From a virus (lineage: Duplodnaviria; Caudoviricetes), in IMG/VR virus record IMGVR_UViG_3300010346_000241, positions 128,001 through 192,000 of that record: 64,000 nucleotides of DNA; one strand, 5' to 3'. Positions 9,044 to 18,462 of this stretch are shown piece by piece. The translations under genes and the position numbers were made by a program. Positions within the stretch are counted from its first letter, which is position 1; every line of letters begins with the position of its first letter. Under the pieces are notes generated by a model, which had not been told where the DNA came from, ran no database searches, and was given only the letters and a program-made list of their open reading frames with translations.

Positions 9044-10360
9044 GTGGGAATATATTCAATACAACCGAGAGACGAAGTACTTAACGAAGTATACTTCGGA
9101 GAGACTCCTGGCATCATGAGATGCTTCAATGCCTTCTCTACATGGAGAAGTAAGTATCTTATGGACAGAAAGCTCTATATGATGAACAGTGCTGCTGAAC
9201 GTGACCCTCTGTTGGGTAAGTTCGTAGCAGAGATTGAGAGGGAGTTTGGTCTTTACTCTTACTCATTCATCATCATCAACAAAGACCAGATCAATGCATT
9301 CACATTCCCATGCTTCTTCAACTTCAATAGTAACCTTAAGGGACCTAAGAGAGTTGAGTTTGGTAAGGACGGTTACAAGTTCAAGAAAGAATGTCAAGTA
9401 TCTATGCTGACTTGTATGTATGCTGGTCTTTTCTTCAACTCAGACTTCACCAATAGAGAAGTTTTCGCTATTATTCTTCATGAGATAGGCCATAACTTCC
9501 AAGACGTTATCTCTGATAAGATGCATACGTTAGGACAGTGTTCTACTATGAATAGAATTCTTCTTGCTGGTATCATGCTTGCTACTGGAGAGATGGAGCC
9601 TCTCATCTATCCATTCATGAATGATAAGACTTTTGGCGCTGTATCTAAGTCTTATAATGAGATGAACATCGGACAAAAGAATAGTATCATATCGTTTGCT
9701 AATACTATATACGGAGCTACAATGAATACTATCAATCTAGGAGTAGATCTTATGACACTATTCCTTCCTCCAATACTTATTCTTAATGCTGCTGTAAGGA
9801 CTATCAGAGATGCAGCTATAGGAGTGTTGTTAGCTCCATTAGTAAGGAGACATTCTTACTATGGCGAGATTATGGCTGACAAGTTCGCTGCTTATTACGG
9901 ATTTGGTAAGGATCTTGTTACTGGTCTAGACAAGCTGTCAGATTTCCGAAAAGGTGCAGGTATCAAAGCTAGGTTTATGGAGATTCCTATCTACTCTCAC
10001 ATTCAGGAACTCATTCTTCTTCCTCTCAAGTTCATATTCGACATTACAGACGAACATCCAGCTTCTCAAGCTAGATATAAGACTGTAATAGATGGTCTTA
10101 AGGATGATCTTAATCAACCTGGTATATCACCTAAGCTTAAGAAACAGCTTCAGTCTGATATAAAGGAGACTGAAGATACAATAGAAGAAGTTCTTGAGAA
10201 AGGTAAGGAAGTAGATGATCCTCGTTTCATTGAGAACTATATGAGGTCATTCCTCTATCATGCCTGTGGAGGAGACCTTAAGTATCTTCTCAAGAAGAAG
10301 ACTTTCGACACAGAAGCAGATGTTCAGCAGACCTACATTAAGAACACTAAGATCAAGTGA
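9044..10360 (+). CDS. zincin (M48-like) metallopeptidase, putative head protein
   Basis: ILHEIGH, downstream EIMADKFA...G...L...L.KL and HP motifs typical of M48; GTG start with GAGG RBS. Confidence 0.75.
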   Translation: MGIYSIQPRDEVLNEVYFGETPGIMRCFNAFSTWRSKYLMDRKLYMMNSAAERDPLLGKFVAEIEREFGLYSYSFIIINKDQINAFTFPCFFNFNSNLKGPKRVEFGKDGYKFKKECQVSMLTCMYAGLFFNSDFTNREVFAIILHEIGHNFQDVISDKMHTLGQCSTMNRILLAGIMLATGEMEPLIYPFMNDKTFGAVSKSYNEMNIGQKNSIISFANTIYGATMNTINLGVDLMTLFLPPILILNAAVRTIRDAAIGVLLAPLVRRHSYYGEIMADKFAAYYGFGKDLVTGLDKLSDFRKGAGIKARFMEIPIYSHIQELILLPLKFIFDITDEHPASQARYKTVIDGLKDDLNQPGISPKLKKQLQSDIKETEDTIEEVLEKGKEVDDPRFIENYMRSFLYHACGGDLKYLLKKKTFDTEADVQQTYIKNTKIK

Positions 10361-10395
10361 ACCTTATAATAAATTACTGAAAGGAGGAACACGTT

Positions 10396-11205
10396 ATGCC
10401 TAACGTATTCTTAGAAGATGACGACGAGCTCAAGAAGAAGAAAGACGACGAAGACGAAGAGCTCGACGACAAAAAAGACAAAGACAAGAAGGATGATGAC
10501 GACGATGATTCTTCTAGCGACGGAAATGACTATCTCGATGATATGGAGTCAGATGAAGATGACGATGATTCTTCTTCTGATGATGATTCTGATTCATCGG
10601 GTAACGATTACCTTGGTGACGAAGAAGATTCAGATTCGTCGGAGGATGACTCCGATTGGGGCGATTCCGATGGTGATTATAGTTCTAATGATTATCTCGG
10701 AGACGATGACTCTACATCAGATTCAGGAGAGTGTTGTCAGGAGACAGGACTCCTTGCCAAGCTCGCATATGCAATCGTCGTTGCAACCAATAACTTCGAA
10801 CACGTACACCTTATGTGTGCTGGTAAGAAGTTCGATACTATACACAACATGACAGACAATCTTGTCGGCAAGTGTTGGTATCTCATCGACATTGCAGCAG
10901 AGCTTGCTCTTGAGGATGAAGCTTGTGAGCTTGACAACTTCTGTAATGCTGCTAAGTACGTTCCTGAGATGGGTGTAGAGACTGAGAAGACTTATGACTA
11001 TGAGACAGCTTGTACAGCAGTCAGTGAGACTCTCAGAAAGCTCATCGATGTAACCAAGGAAGCAAGAGAGGCTTCAGACAAGTCTCACGTTCAGAGCAAA
11101 CTCGATGAGTGGCTCGCTACCTTCAACAAGGAATACAACTTCCTGATGAAGAGACGTATGAAGAATGTAGATGAATCTGCAGTGGTATCAAACGATTACA
11201 TCTAA
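10396..11205 (+). CDS. Asp/Ser-rich N-terminus fused to a ferritin/Dps-like domain
   Basis: About 110 aa of acidic low complexity with 3x NDYL(G/D)D; HVHLMCAGKKFDTIH...IDIAAE resembles Dps HW...G..F..LH...D..AE. Confidence 0.6.
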   Translation: MPNVFLEDDDELKKKKDDEDEELDDKKDKDKKDDDDDDSSSDGNDYLDDMESDEDDDDSSSDDDSDSSGNDYLGDEEDSDSSEDDSDWGDSDGDYSSNDYLGDDDSTSDSGECCQETGLLAKLAYAIVVATNNFEHVHLMCAGKKFDTIHNMTDNLVGKCWYLIDIAAELALEDEACELDNFCNAAKYVPEMGVETEKTYDYETACTAVSETLRKLIDVTKEAREASDKSHVQSKLDEWLATFNKEYNFLMKRRMKNVDESAVVSNDYI

Positions 11206-11219
11206 GAGACAAAAAAGAT

Positions 11220-11244
11220 GCCCACTGGGGAACACCCAGTGGGC
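11220..11244 (-). terminator. terminator (U tract on the minus strand)
   Basis: gcccactggg-gaaca-cccagtgggc preceded by aaaaaa on the plus strand. Confidence 0.75.
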
Positions 11245-11570
11245 TAAATCATTGGGTTTAGATTCTTTGAATTGATTGCATACACAGTGGCTAGAAAATA
11301 TAGTGAATGAAGGGATGAATACGATTGGGAAACGTATTCTGATGTCCTACTTAACCCAATAGGTGGGAGCTAGTATGTTATATAGGTAGATTGACATTGT
11401 GTGAAATGAAACGGCATAGTTACTATGATAGGCTAGTCAATGTAAGATGGGGCTGACGCGCGTACTGCTCTCATATTTAAATCTCCCAATAGTATATCCA
11501 CTTCCTGGACGGGGTACAGTGTTGCTTGTCAGCTGATTCATCATTGCACTTGGTTATAAGAGGTATTATA
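11245..11570 (-). ncRNA. putative structured non-coding RNA
   Basis: About 330-bp gap without a credible ORF, with several inverted repeats, bounded by hairpins. Confidence 0.4.
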
Positions 11571-11592
11571 TGAAGAGTAATCTCAGATGAGA

Positions 11593-12159
11593 TTACTTCT
11601 TCTTGTCTGATACCCAATCAGGGCAAGGTGACTTGACCTTGAGTCCTTCATGAGCAGGTACGATAGATTCAGCGTTCTCGTAGCGGATAGAACCATCCTG
11701 GTTAACGCCGACCTTCTTAGGATATCTCTTAGTTGTCATCTCAACGTCCTTGAGCTGAATAGAGATATTGCTCTTCTCTGTACCACCGAGATTTACACTT
11801 CTGCCTGTTCTGAGAGCTGTGTTTACGAAGTCCTTAGAGAGCTTTACCATTGTTTCAGCATCGCTCTTCTTAGCTTCGTATGTGTCAACGAGTGTCTCAG
11901 CCTCAGCCTTAGGCATCTTTGTTGTTGCAGACACAATGCCTGCTACCATTCCTCTGAACTCAGTTGCAGGACAGTGCTGTGTAACACCGCTGTTTGAGTA
12001 CTCAGAGTACTGGAAGTTTCTGTCGTTAAGCATTGCTTTCATTACTCTTACTTCATCTCTTGTAGAAGCACTCTTCTGAGTGAGATGAGTCTTGATGTCA
12101 TTGACGAGAGCGTTAACTCCCATCTCTTCTGTGTTGGCTGTAGCATTCTTGTTTGCCAT
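11593..12159 (-). CDS. HU/IHF-like DNA-binding protein
   Basis: VSATTKMPKAEAETLVD, LRTGRSVNLG and IVPAHEGLKVK resemble HU helices and arms; AGGAGG RBS before MANKN at 12159. Confidence 0.55.
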   Translation of the reverse strand: MANKNATANTEEMGVNALVNDIKTHLTQKSASTRDEVRVMKAMLNDRNFQYSEYSNSGVTQHCPATEFRGMVAGIVSATTKMPKAEAETLVDTYEAKKSDAETMVKLSKDFVNTALRTGRSVNLGGTEKSNISIQLKDVEMTTKRYPKKVGVNQDGSIRYENAESIVPAHEGLKVKSPCPDWVSDKKK

Positions 12160-12163
12160 AGTT

Positions 12164-12346
12164 TTAGTCCTCCTGTTTAGTTGTAGTTTCATCGAACCTA
12201 TCTCTAGGATCGATCCTTATAAATGGGTTGACTGGTTTACTTTTACCATTAGTCCTAAGGAAGTCGTTGATCTCGTTTGGTGTCATTGAAGCGAGATGCT
12301 CTATGAAACTTCCCTTTTCGTAATGACTTTTAGTTGACTTTCCCAA
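12164..12346 (-). CDS. 60-aa hypothetical protein
   Basis: AAGGAG RBS with TTG start; abuts the downstream gene. Confidence 0.55.
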   Translation of the reverse strand: MGKSTKSHYEKGSFIEHLASMTPNEINDFLRTNGKSKPVNPFIRIDPRDRFDETTTKQED

Positions 12347-12513
12347 GCCACCAACTCCTTTCTCGAGGAGATTACTATTATGTTCTGCTTGTGTAAAAGT
12401 GTATTCTGAAATCCTCCCAAATGGGTTCGTTTATAGATGTTGCTATAAAAACCCATCTTAGTGGTTATTCTTAAACATCTTAGTAACAATATCACTCAAA
12501 GGAGGTAAACCCT

Positions 12514-13392
12514 ATGAACAAAGATGTATGCGTTGGTATGATTATCAACGAGTCAGTCACTGAATCAGATTCTGTAGTTATCTCACAGGAAGGTGGCAGA
12601 GTCTATGCTACTGGTATACTGCAGGACCTTGAGATAGAGAACAGAAATGGTCGTATCTACGAGACTAAGGAAATGGATCCTGAGCTTAATGGTGAGCGTC
12701 TTCAGGAGCTTATTAAGGCAGGATACCTTAGAGGCCATGCAGGACATCCTTCCAGCAATGAACTCTCTATACAGAGTGTAATTGATCCTAAGCTTGTATG
12801 CGTACAGTTCGATAAGGTATGGAGAGATGGTAAGTATATCCATGGTAACTTCCATGGAACTAACAATGAACTTGGTGCTATGTTTAACCAGGATCTTATT
12901 GATGGATGTAAACCTGCATTCTCACTCAGAGCATTGGGCAGCGTAGATCGCTCTAAGGATGGTAGATGTCATGTAAGAAACATCAGAATCATCACTTGGG
13001 ACCATGTTATCTTCCCATCTCATAAGAGAGCTTACACAAGTCATCTCATCGATCCTAAGGATAAGAACAAAACTTTCAACGAATCTGCTATAATCGGCAT
13101 AAACGGAAAACCTCTCGTAGACAATGAACTTCACAGAAAGGCTATGATTACAGAAGCTGCTGCTACTGATGGTATACTCACTCCTATCATGAACCAGCAG
13201 GTATGTAACTTCATTAAGGAAGAGTCTGCTAACGTTAAGTTCATCGTTGATACATTCGAGACTTTGTATGAATCTGCTATCATCGTTGACGGTGGTAAGA
13301 GAGTTGCTCTGACTACTACAGACGGCATGAAGGTTATTGTTAACCTTGAGCAGTATGTACAGAACGCTATCATGGACTGGTGCAGTAAGTAA
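12514..13392 (+). CDS. prohead (capsid maturation) protease, T4 gp21-like
   Basis: NRNGRIY, GHAGHP, FSLRALGS and TWDHVIFPSH motifs; AACA-tcttag-TA promoter at 12474-12485. Confidence 0.88.
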   Translation: MNKDVCVGMIINESVTESDSVVISQEGGRVYATGILQDLEIENRNGRIYETKEMDPELNGERLQELIKAGYLRGHAGHPSSNELSIQSVIDPKLVCVQFDKVWRDGKYIHGNFHGTNNELGAMFNQDLIDGCKPAFSLRALGSVDRSKDGRCHVRNIRIITWDHVIFPSHKRAYTSHLIDPKDKNKTFNESAIIGINGKPLVDNELHRKAMITEAAATDGILTPIMNQQVCNFIKEESANVKFIVDTFETLYESAIIVDGGKRVALTTTDGMKVIVNLEQYVQNAIMDWCSK

Positions 13393-13399
13393 AAGATAC

Positions 13400-13434
13400 T
13401 CCGAGATCCCTAGTGGATCTCGGAATCTTTCTTT
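13400..13434 (+). terminator. Rho-independent terminator
   Basis: tccgagatcc-ctagt-ggatctcgga plus T-rich tail. Confidence 0.75.
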
Positions 13435-13515
13435 GTCTCCGTTATATATTATAGAGGTGTATAGAGTCGCTCAACTCTGTACAACACAATCTATTATATG
13501 AAAGGAGACAAAACT

Positions 13516-13980
13516 ATGAGTATATTTGCTCAAGTATCATCCACACCAGAATCAGTATGCGAAGAGATCTATCAGGAGAAGTTCACGGAGGATTATTATG
13601 TGAACTTGTACCTAGATAAGTTAGTAGAAACAGCTAAAAGATATATTATACAATCTTCAAGTACAATGAGTATCGATACATATATAAGAGTATTGATACG
13701 TGGTATGATCTACAAAGAATCAAAGAGGGCTATATCATTATCAGAAAAAGTTTCATACCCAGCCGTCTTGTATACTTTCGAGAGAATACGTGTACGTAGA
13801 TTTATAGGATGGGGTAGGAGATATTCTTTTGATGATGTACCTGTTGAATCATTCCTTTGCTATGCGATACTAGAGAATGAAATCATACAAGCATTCAAGA
13901 ACAAATTTGGAGAGGAGTTTAACTATGCAGAAATCTGTAAAAATCACAGAATACAAGAAGCCCTTAAACTTCACGTTTAA
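13516..13980 (+). CDS. hypothetical early protein
   Basis: AAAGGAG RBS before ATG 13516; early promoter TTATATATTAT at 13442-13452. Confidence 0.7.
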   Translation: MSIFAQVSSTPESVCEEIYQEKFTEDYYVNLYLDKLVETAKRYIIQSSSTMSIDTYIRVLIRGMIYKESKRAISLSEKVSYPAVLYTFERIRVRRFIGWGRRYSFDDVPVESFLCYAILENEIIQAFKNKFGEEFNYAEICKNHRIQEALKLHV

Positions 13981-14260
13981 GCTATCAGACTATAAGACGA
14001 TAGAAGATATCAAGAACACATTCGGCAAGAGGATAGTCACTACAGCTCCACGTTTGAAGAGTGGAGACGATTATGCATACTTCCCTGGATGGACCATCAG
14101 AGAAATGGTACAGAAGTTCGATGGTTGCCTACTGGTAGCCATCGATGGTGAATACCGATTCCTTACACCATCATGGGGTGGCTATACTATGTTCGAAAAC
14201 TGGCCCGACTACCCATCTGTAAGGGTTATTATCTTTGACGGCTACTGGAACGTTCTGTAA
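13925..14260 (+). CDS. hypothetical protein
   Basis: GGAG RBS before ATG 13925; terminator at 14274-14303. Confidence 0.6.
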   Translation: MQKSVKITEYKKPLNFTFKLSDYKTIEDIKNTFGKRIVTTAPRLKSGDDYAYFPGWTIREMVQKFDGCLLVAIDGEYRFLTPSWGGYTMFENWPDYPSVRVIIFDGYWNVL

Positions 14261-14343
14261 TCAACACTAAGGGACCTGAGCAATACGCTCAGGTTTCTTT
14301 TTTGTTGAAACATCATGGTAAATACCTGAAAGGAGGCATTTGT

Positions 14344-15162
14344 ATGGATTACAACAACAAGCACCAAGAAGTTGAGGATACTAATCCTCTTGACACCTTC
14401 ACTCCGAATGATATTGATATAGTCACTATTCCAAATGACATACCAGAGTACGGTGTCCAGGACTATGATATGTTTGATGAGAAGGATATGGTTAGGTATA
14501 TGAAAGACCTTGAGAGATTTGTTAGGCAGTCTCTCGAATACAAGAGCATGGTACAGTATCTCAGGGAGTATATGGACATGAGAAACTGTGCATTTCTGCC
14601 TAACGTATCGAATGAGTTCACTCCTAAGATAAGGATAGAGATTCATCACTCTCCTATAACACTCTATGAGATCTGCAGTATCATCATAAGGAAGAGAATG
14701 GCTCTTGGAGAACTCCTTACTATAGAAGCAGTAGCATATGAGGTACTCTATGTACACTACTGTCTGATGGTAGGTCTTATACCTCTGTCAGAGACTGTAC
14801 ATGAGCTTGTACACAATCAGTATATCTATGTTCCTGCGAACAGAGTATATGGTTACTACAATGCATTTGTGGAACAGTATCATGACTATATAGACGTTGA
14901 ACTTCTCGATAAGTTAAAGATGATTGAGAAGCTTGCACAGGATCAAGTCTATAACGACTATATGCAGATACTTGAAAAGAAATATATTGCGATTGACATG
15001 GGAGACAACTCTCAAGTAGACCAGCTTGGGGCTACTCGTGAACTGCTTAAACAGCGTCTGTCGATTTTAAGAGATGGTGACGCTAGTTATACTGCTCCTC
15101 CTCCACAAGCTCCTGTAGAGCAACCTGTATATGTTCCATTGTTCCGTTCTCCGTGGGATTAA
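14344..15162 (+). CDS. His-Me/HNH-like domain protein (paralogue A)
   Basis: C...IEIHH...LIPLSETVHELVH; AAAGGAGG RBS; AACA-tcatgg-TA promoter at 14309-14320. Confidence 0.6.
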   Translation: MDYNNKHQEVEDTNPLDTFTPNDIDIVTIPNDIPEYGVQDYDMFDEKDMVRYMKDLERFVRQSLEYKSMVQYLREYMDMRNCAFLPNVSNEFTPKIRIEIHHSPITLYEICSIIIRKRMALGELLTIEAVAYEVLYVHYCLMVGLIPLSETVHELVHNQYIYVPANRVYGYYNAFVEQYHDYIDVELLDKLKMIEKLAQDQVYNDYMQILEKKYIAIDMGDNSQVDQLGATRELLKQRLSILRDGDASYTAPPPQAPVEQPVYVPLFRSPWD

Positions 15163-15217
15163 CAAAAAAGAAACGGTGGGAATCATCCCCACCGTTCCTC
15201 TTGTCGCTTTGATAAGA

Positions 15218-16591
15218 TTAACCGCCAAAGTTCATACCAGGAAAGTTTCCTGCAGGTTTCTCAAGTATCTCGTCATGATAATCGTACAGCTCTTCACAGC
15301 ACTGATTACTAAACAGTCTTCCAAGCATACTGATAAGCTGGTTACCTGCTATACCGTTCTTTATGTCGATATCGACTGTAAGCTCTCTAGTATCCTCATA
15401 GATACCCATATTATCAGGCTCAGGGAAACGAGTGATTCCGATGTTACCTTCATTATAATCACCCATGATGCTGAACTCTGACATGTACTGATTATACATA
15501 TCGTCAAGTTTAACACACTCAGGACACTTGAGAGTGATAGTGAAGGTCTTATCTGATTTCTCATTGAGTACTACATGCTGTGTACACTCTATAGCATGTT
15601 CGTATGTATCTACTACAGCAAGGAATCCTGTCTTATGACAGAACTTCACCCACTCTGGTGCATTCTCTTTTTCAGCCCATTCAGCAGGGAAACGAACAGG
15701 AGTAGAGTAAGAGCTTCTATCTGGGCGAACACAGATAACGTGATAGCAGTTAGGGTTACGATCATCGTTCTCTGGAAGTTTCCATGCTACGAGTTCGCAT
15801 CCTTTCTCTGCTGCGTATACTTCTCCAGCAGGGAAGAACTGTCTGAGCATACAGATCTTAAGTTCCTTACCAGACTCCTTCTTTACTGTCTTTATCTCAG
15901 CATTTATAGCAGCTTCCTTCTCTGCGATACGGTTGATATGAGAGTTAACAAGCATACGTCTGAAGAGATGAGTAAATGTCTGTACAGACTCCTCAAAGAG
16001 TGACTCATCGTTATCGCTGTATCCAGTTGTCTCGTTGAATGCATTGAAGTTACGGAACAGATCGCATACGGGAGACTTCTTAACTCCCATATCATGATCA
16101 TCCATCTGATGTACGAAACGATCAAACTCCTTGTAGTATGCTCTCATCTCTGGAGTCGTGTAGTACTCCCAGAGAAGTCCGAAAGCAGCATAGTTCTTGT
16201 GAGCTTCATCGAGTTCCTGATGATGATCGAAGTAGCCGTTCTCAGGATCATAACGACGACCGATATCACAGATGATAGAGTATCTAGTCCGTCTCTCTAC
16301 TGCGACTTTAGACATATAATCTGCGTTTTCAGTAATAGTAACCTCATGCTCCCATGCAGGTTCATTACCTTCGACAGGTTCAATTGTGTTTCTCACATAG
16401 CTTATAGGCTGTCCAGACATCATGATTCTGAACAGTGCAACACAAGCTCTATCGTCGAAGTGATTTACTCCTCCATGTACGAGGATAGAGTATCCTTCTT
16501 CTGTTTTCTTGATCTTATTGATCTTCTCTTCGTCGAACGGGAAGGGTTTCTTAGTGTCCTTTACGATAATTCCCATTGTGATTGTACCCAT
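15218..16591 (-). CDS. MYG1 (UPF0160) family metal-dependent nuclease
   Basis: VHGGVNHFDD, DIGRRYD...FDHHQ, AAFGLLW and FCHKTGFLA are MYG1 hallmarks. Confidence 0.85.
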   Translation of the reverse strand: MGTITMGIIVKDTKKPFPFDEEKINKIKKTEEGYSILVHGGVNHFDDRACVALFRIMMSGQPISYVRNTIEPVEGNEPAWEHEVTITENADYMSKVAVERRTRYSIICDIGRRYDPENGYFDHHQELDEAHKNYAAFGLLWEYYTTPEMRAYYKEFDRFVHQMDDHDMGVKKSPVCDLFRNFNAFNETTGYSDNDESLFEESVQTFTHLFRRMLVNSHINRIAEKEAAINAEIKTVKKESGKELKICMLRQFFPAGEVYAAEKGCELVAWKLPENDDRNPNCYHVICVRPDRSSYSTPVRFPAEWAEKENAPEWVKFCHKTGFLAVVDTYEHAIECTQHVVLNEKSDKTFTITLKCPECVKLDDMYNQYMSEFSIMGDYNEGNIGITRFPEPDNMGIYEDTRELTVDIDIKNGIAGNQLISMLGRLFSNQCCEELYDYHDEILEKPAGNFPGMNFGG

Positions 16592-16608
16592 GTGTATTTC
16601 CTCCTTGG

Positions 16609-16998
16609 TTAGATTGTGATGCTACCTAGATAAAGTCCTGTTATAGACTCCACATTGATAGTCTTGTTTTCGACATCTCTATAGCCAGTACAAGCTATAG
16701 AGATCTCTGGCTTTGGTAAAGCATCATACCATTCATTTCTGAAGAGCTCTATAGTAAATTGCTCATCATCATAGTTGATAACTTTACCTACGATGCTTAG
16801 TGCGTCTGGAACAATGTTGTTCTGGTCTTTAGGATCTCTCTGCATATAGACCCAACAGCATTGATCTGCAAATCTTGGGTGGGTGTATTTACGAAGAGCC
16901 TCTTCCATGCCCACATAGTGGTATCCATCAAGTTTACGCTCTTCATTCTTTTTAGTTACTCGCCTAGGGACTGTTACTATACGTACTCCACTAGCCAT
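16609..16998 (-). CDS. hypothetical protein
   Basis: AAAGGAGG RBS before MASG at 16998; early-type motif at 17021-17031. Confidence 0.7.
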   Translation of the reverse strand: MASGVRIVTVPRRVTKKNEERKLDGYHYVGMEEALRKYTHPRFADQCCWVYMQRDPKDQNNIVPDALSIVGKVINYDDEQFTIELFRNEWYDALPKPEISIACTGYRDVENKTINVESITGLYLGSITI

Positions 16999-17031
16999 AA
17001 CTAGTCCTCCTTTCATCCTAATAGTATACAA

Positions 17032-17628
17032 CTACAGGACTGTATTGACTCTCTTAAATATGAACTGAACCTGACTCTCTTTACATGAAGACTTATAGTA
17101 CCATCTCCATACCCATCTGTCGTCCATGAACTGTTTGATAGTACAACCATAGATTCCAGTAGGTAAGTATTTGAAGACTATCCAATCTGGATTACACGTT
17201 CTGTAGCTACTGATGACGTTAACTACAAACTGTACACACTCATCTTCAGTACCCTTATCTATAACTCCATATACTGGGAGATAGCCATCTGGGATAACGA
17301 GATGATATCCATACTGATCCTGATAGATGAGAAAAGTATAGTTATATCCATCATCGAATTCTATGTAGTAGAGTTCGAAGAATGTTGAGTTGAAGTATGT
17401 AGTGAAGTACCATGCAAGATATTCTGTGTAATCGTAGTTAAGACCACACTTGAAAGACTCGAACTGTTGTGGAGAGAGTGTTCTGTAGAGGGAGTACATG
17501 TTGAATGCTCCTCTAGGGGTAAACACTTCTTCCTTAGGATCCCAGTGTCCTATTTTGAATTCGTCTTTTAACTTCTCGAGAAGTTCCTCTATCTTCATCT
17601 TCGGTATCTTAGGTATTCGGTTATTCAT
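17032..17628 (-). CDS. hypothetical protein
   Basis: 198-aa ORF with AAAGGAGG RBS. Confidence 0.7.
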   Translation of the reverse strand: MNNRIPKIPKMKIEELLEKLKDEFKIGHWDPKEEVFTPRGAFNMYSLYRTLSPQQFESFKCGLNYDYTEYLAWYFTTYFNSTFFELYYIEFDDGYNYTFLIYQDQYGYHLVIPDGYLPVYGVIDKGTEDECVQFVVNVISSYRTCNPDWIVFKYLPTGIYGCTIKQFMDDRWVWRWYYKSSCKESQVQFIFKRVNTVL

Positions 17629-17683
17629 ACTCTAACCTCCTTTCACAAAAAATAAGGGGTTGTTGTTAGCAACCCCCTATAGA

Positions 17684-18409
17684 TTACTTCTTAAGTTCCT
17701 TGTAGTAAGCTTTGGTATCCTTAAGAAGTTGTGCGTTATGCTTCTTAGCCTTCATGTCTGTGGTAGTAAATGGCACTGTATCATTTGGAACTCCGTTAAT
17801 ACAGAGTCCATTGATAACACCGCTCATCAGATCAATCGGATATCTTTCGTTGTTGAACACATTGATATGCTGACTGGTTTTCTCTACTCTATATTGAGGC
17901 CAATAATGAGCAGTATGCTTGAGATCTGGATCTCCGATATGCAGATGTCCGTGTATGTTGTACTTAGCATCTTTACACTTGAATGGCATGTGACTAATCA
18001 CTATGTCGCCTCTAAAGAGAATACACGGAACTACTTCATCGAACCCGAGATCTTTGTAGAGCTGTATGACATCGCTGTCATTGTTACCGATAACAAAGTA
18101 CTTCTTCTTGGCCTTCTTAAAGATACTGCAGATAGTGGCTAACTTTCTGTAGAGTGCTACTACTGGATAGTCCGAATAGCACTCTGAATCTACAAGGTCG
18201 CCCATGAAGATAATGATATCTGTATCCTTAATAACCCTCACTGCAGCGCCAAGGATATCAGCAGCGTTCTCTCTTTCATAGAACTCGCTAGTCTTCTTAT
18301 TGTATCTTATCAGATGCCAATCTGTCATCAGCCAGATATTACCGCCATTAGCTATAGTGAATTCCATCTGTGCGTTTATCTTTGCGTTGATTTTGATTGC
18401 TTCACTCAT
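17684..18409 (-). CDS. calcineurin-like metallophosphoesterase
   Basis: TDWH, MGDL, GNND, SHMP and IHGHLH motifs. Confidence 0.85.
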   Translation of the reverse strand: MSEAIKINAKINAQMEFTIANGGNIWLMTDWHLIRYNKKTSEFYERENAADILGAAVRVIKDTDIIIFMGDLVDSECYSDYPVVALYRKLATICSIFKKAKKKYFVIGNNDSDVIQLYKDLGFDEVVPCILFRGDIVISHMPFKCKDAKYNIHGHLHIGDPDLKHTAHYWPQYRVEKTSQHINVFNNERYPIDLMSGVINGLCINGVPNDTVPFTTTDMKAKKHNAQLLKDTKAYYKELKK

Positions 18410-18462
18410 ATTATCCCTCCTATGAAAAGAAGGGTAGAGGTGTTATCCTCTACCCAAGTCTC

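Noticed and set aside
11449-11470. GGGGCTGA tmRNA-like start and short minus-strand ORF MRAVRASAPSYID
   Set aside because: No GATTCGA follows and there is no matching 3' end; the 13-aa ORF has no other support.
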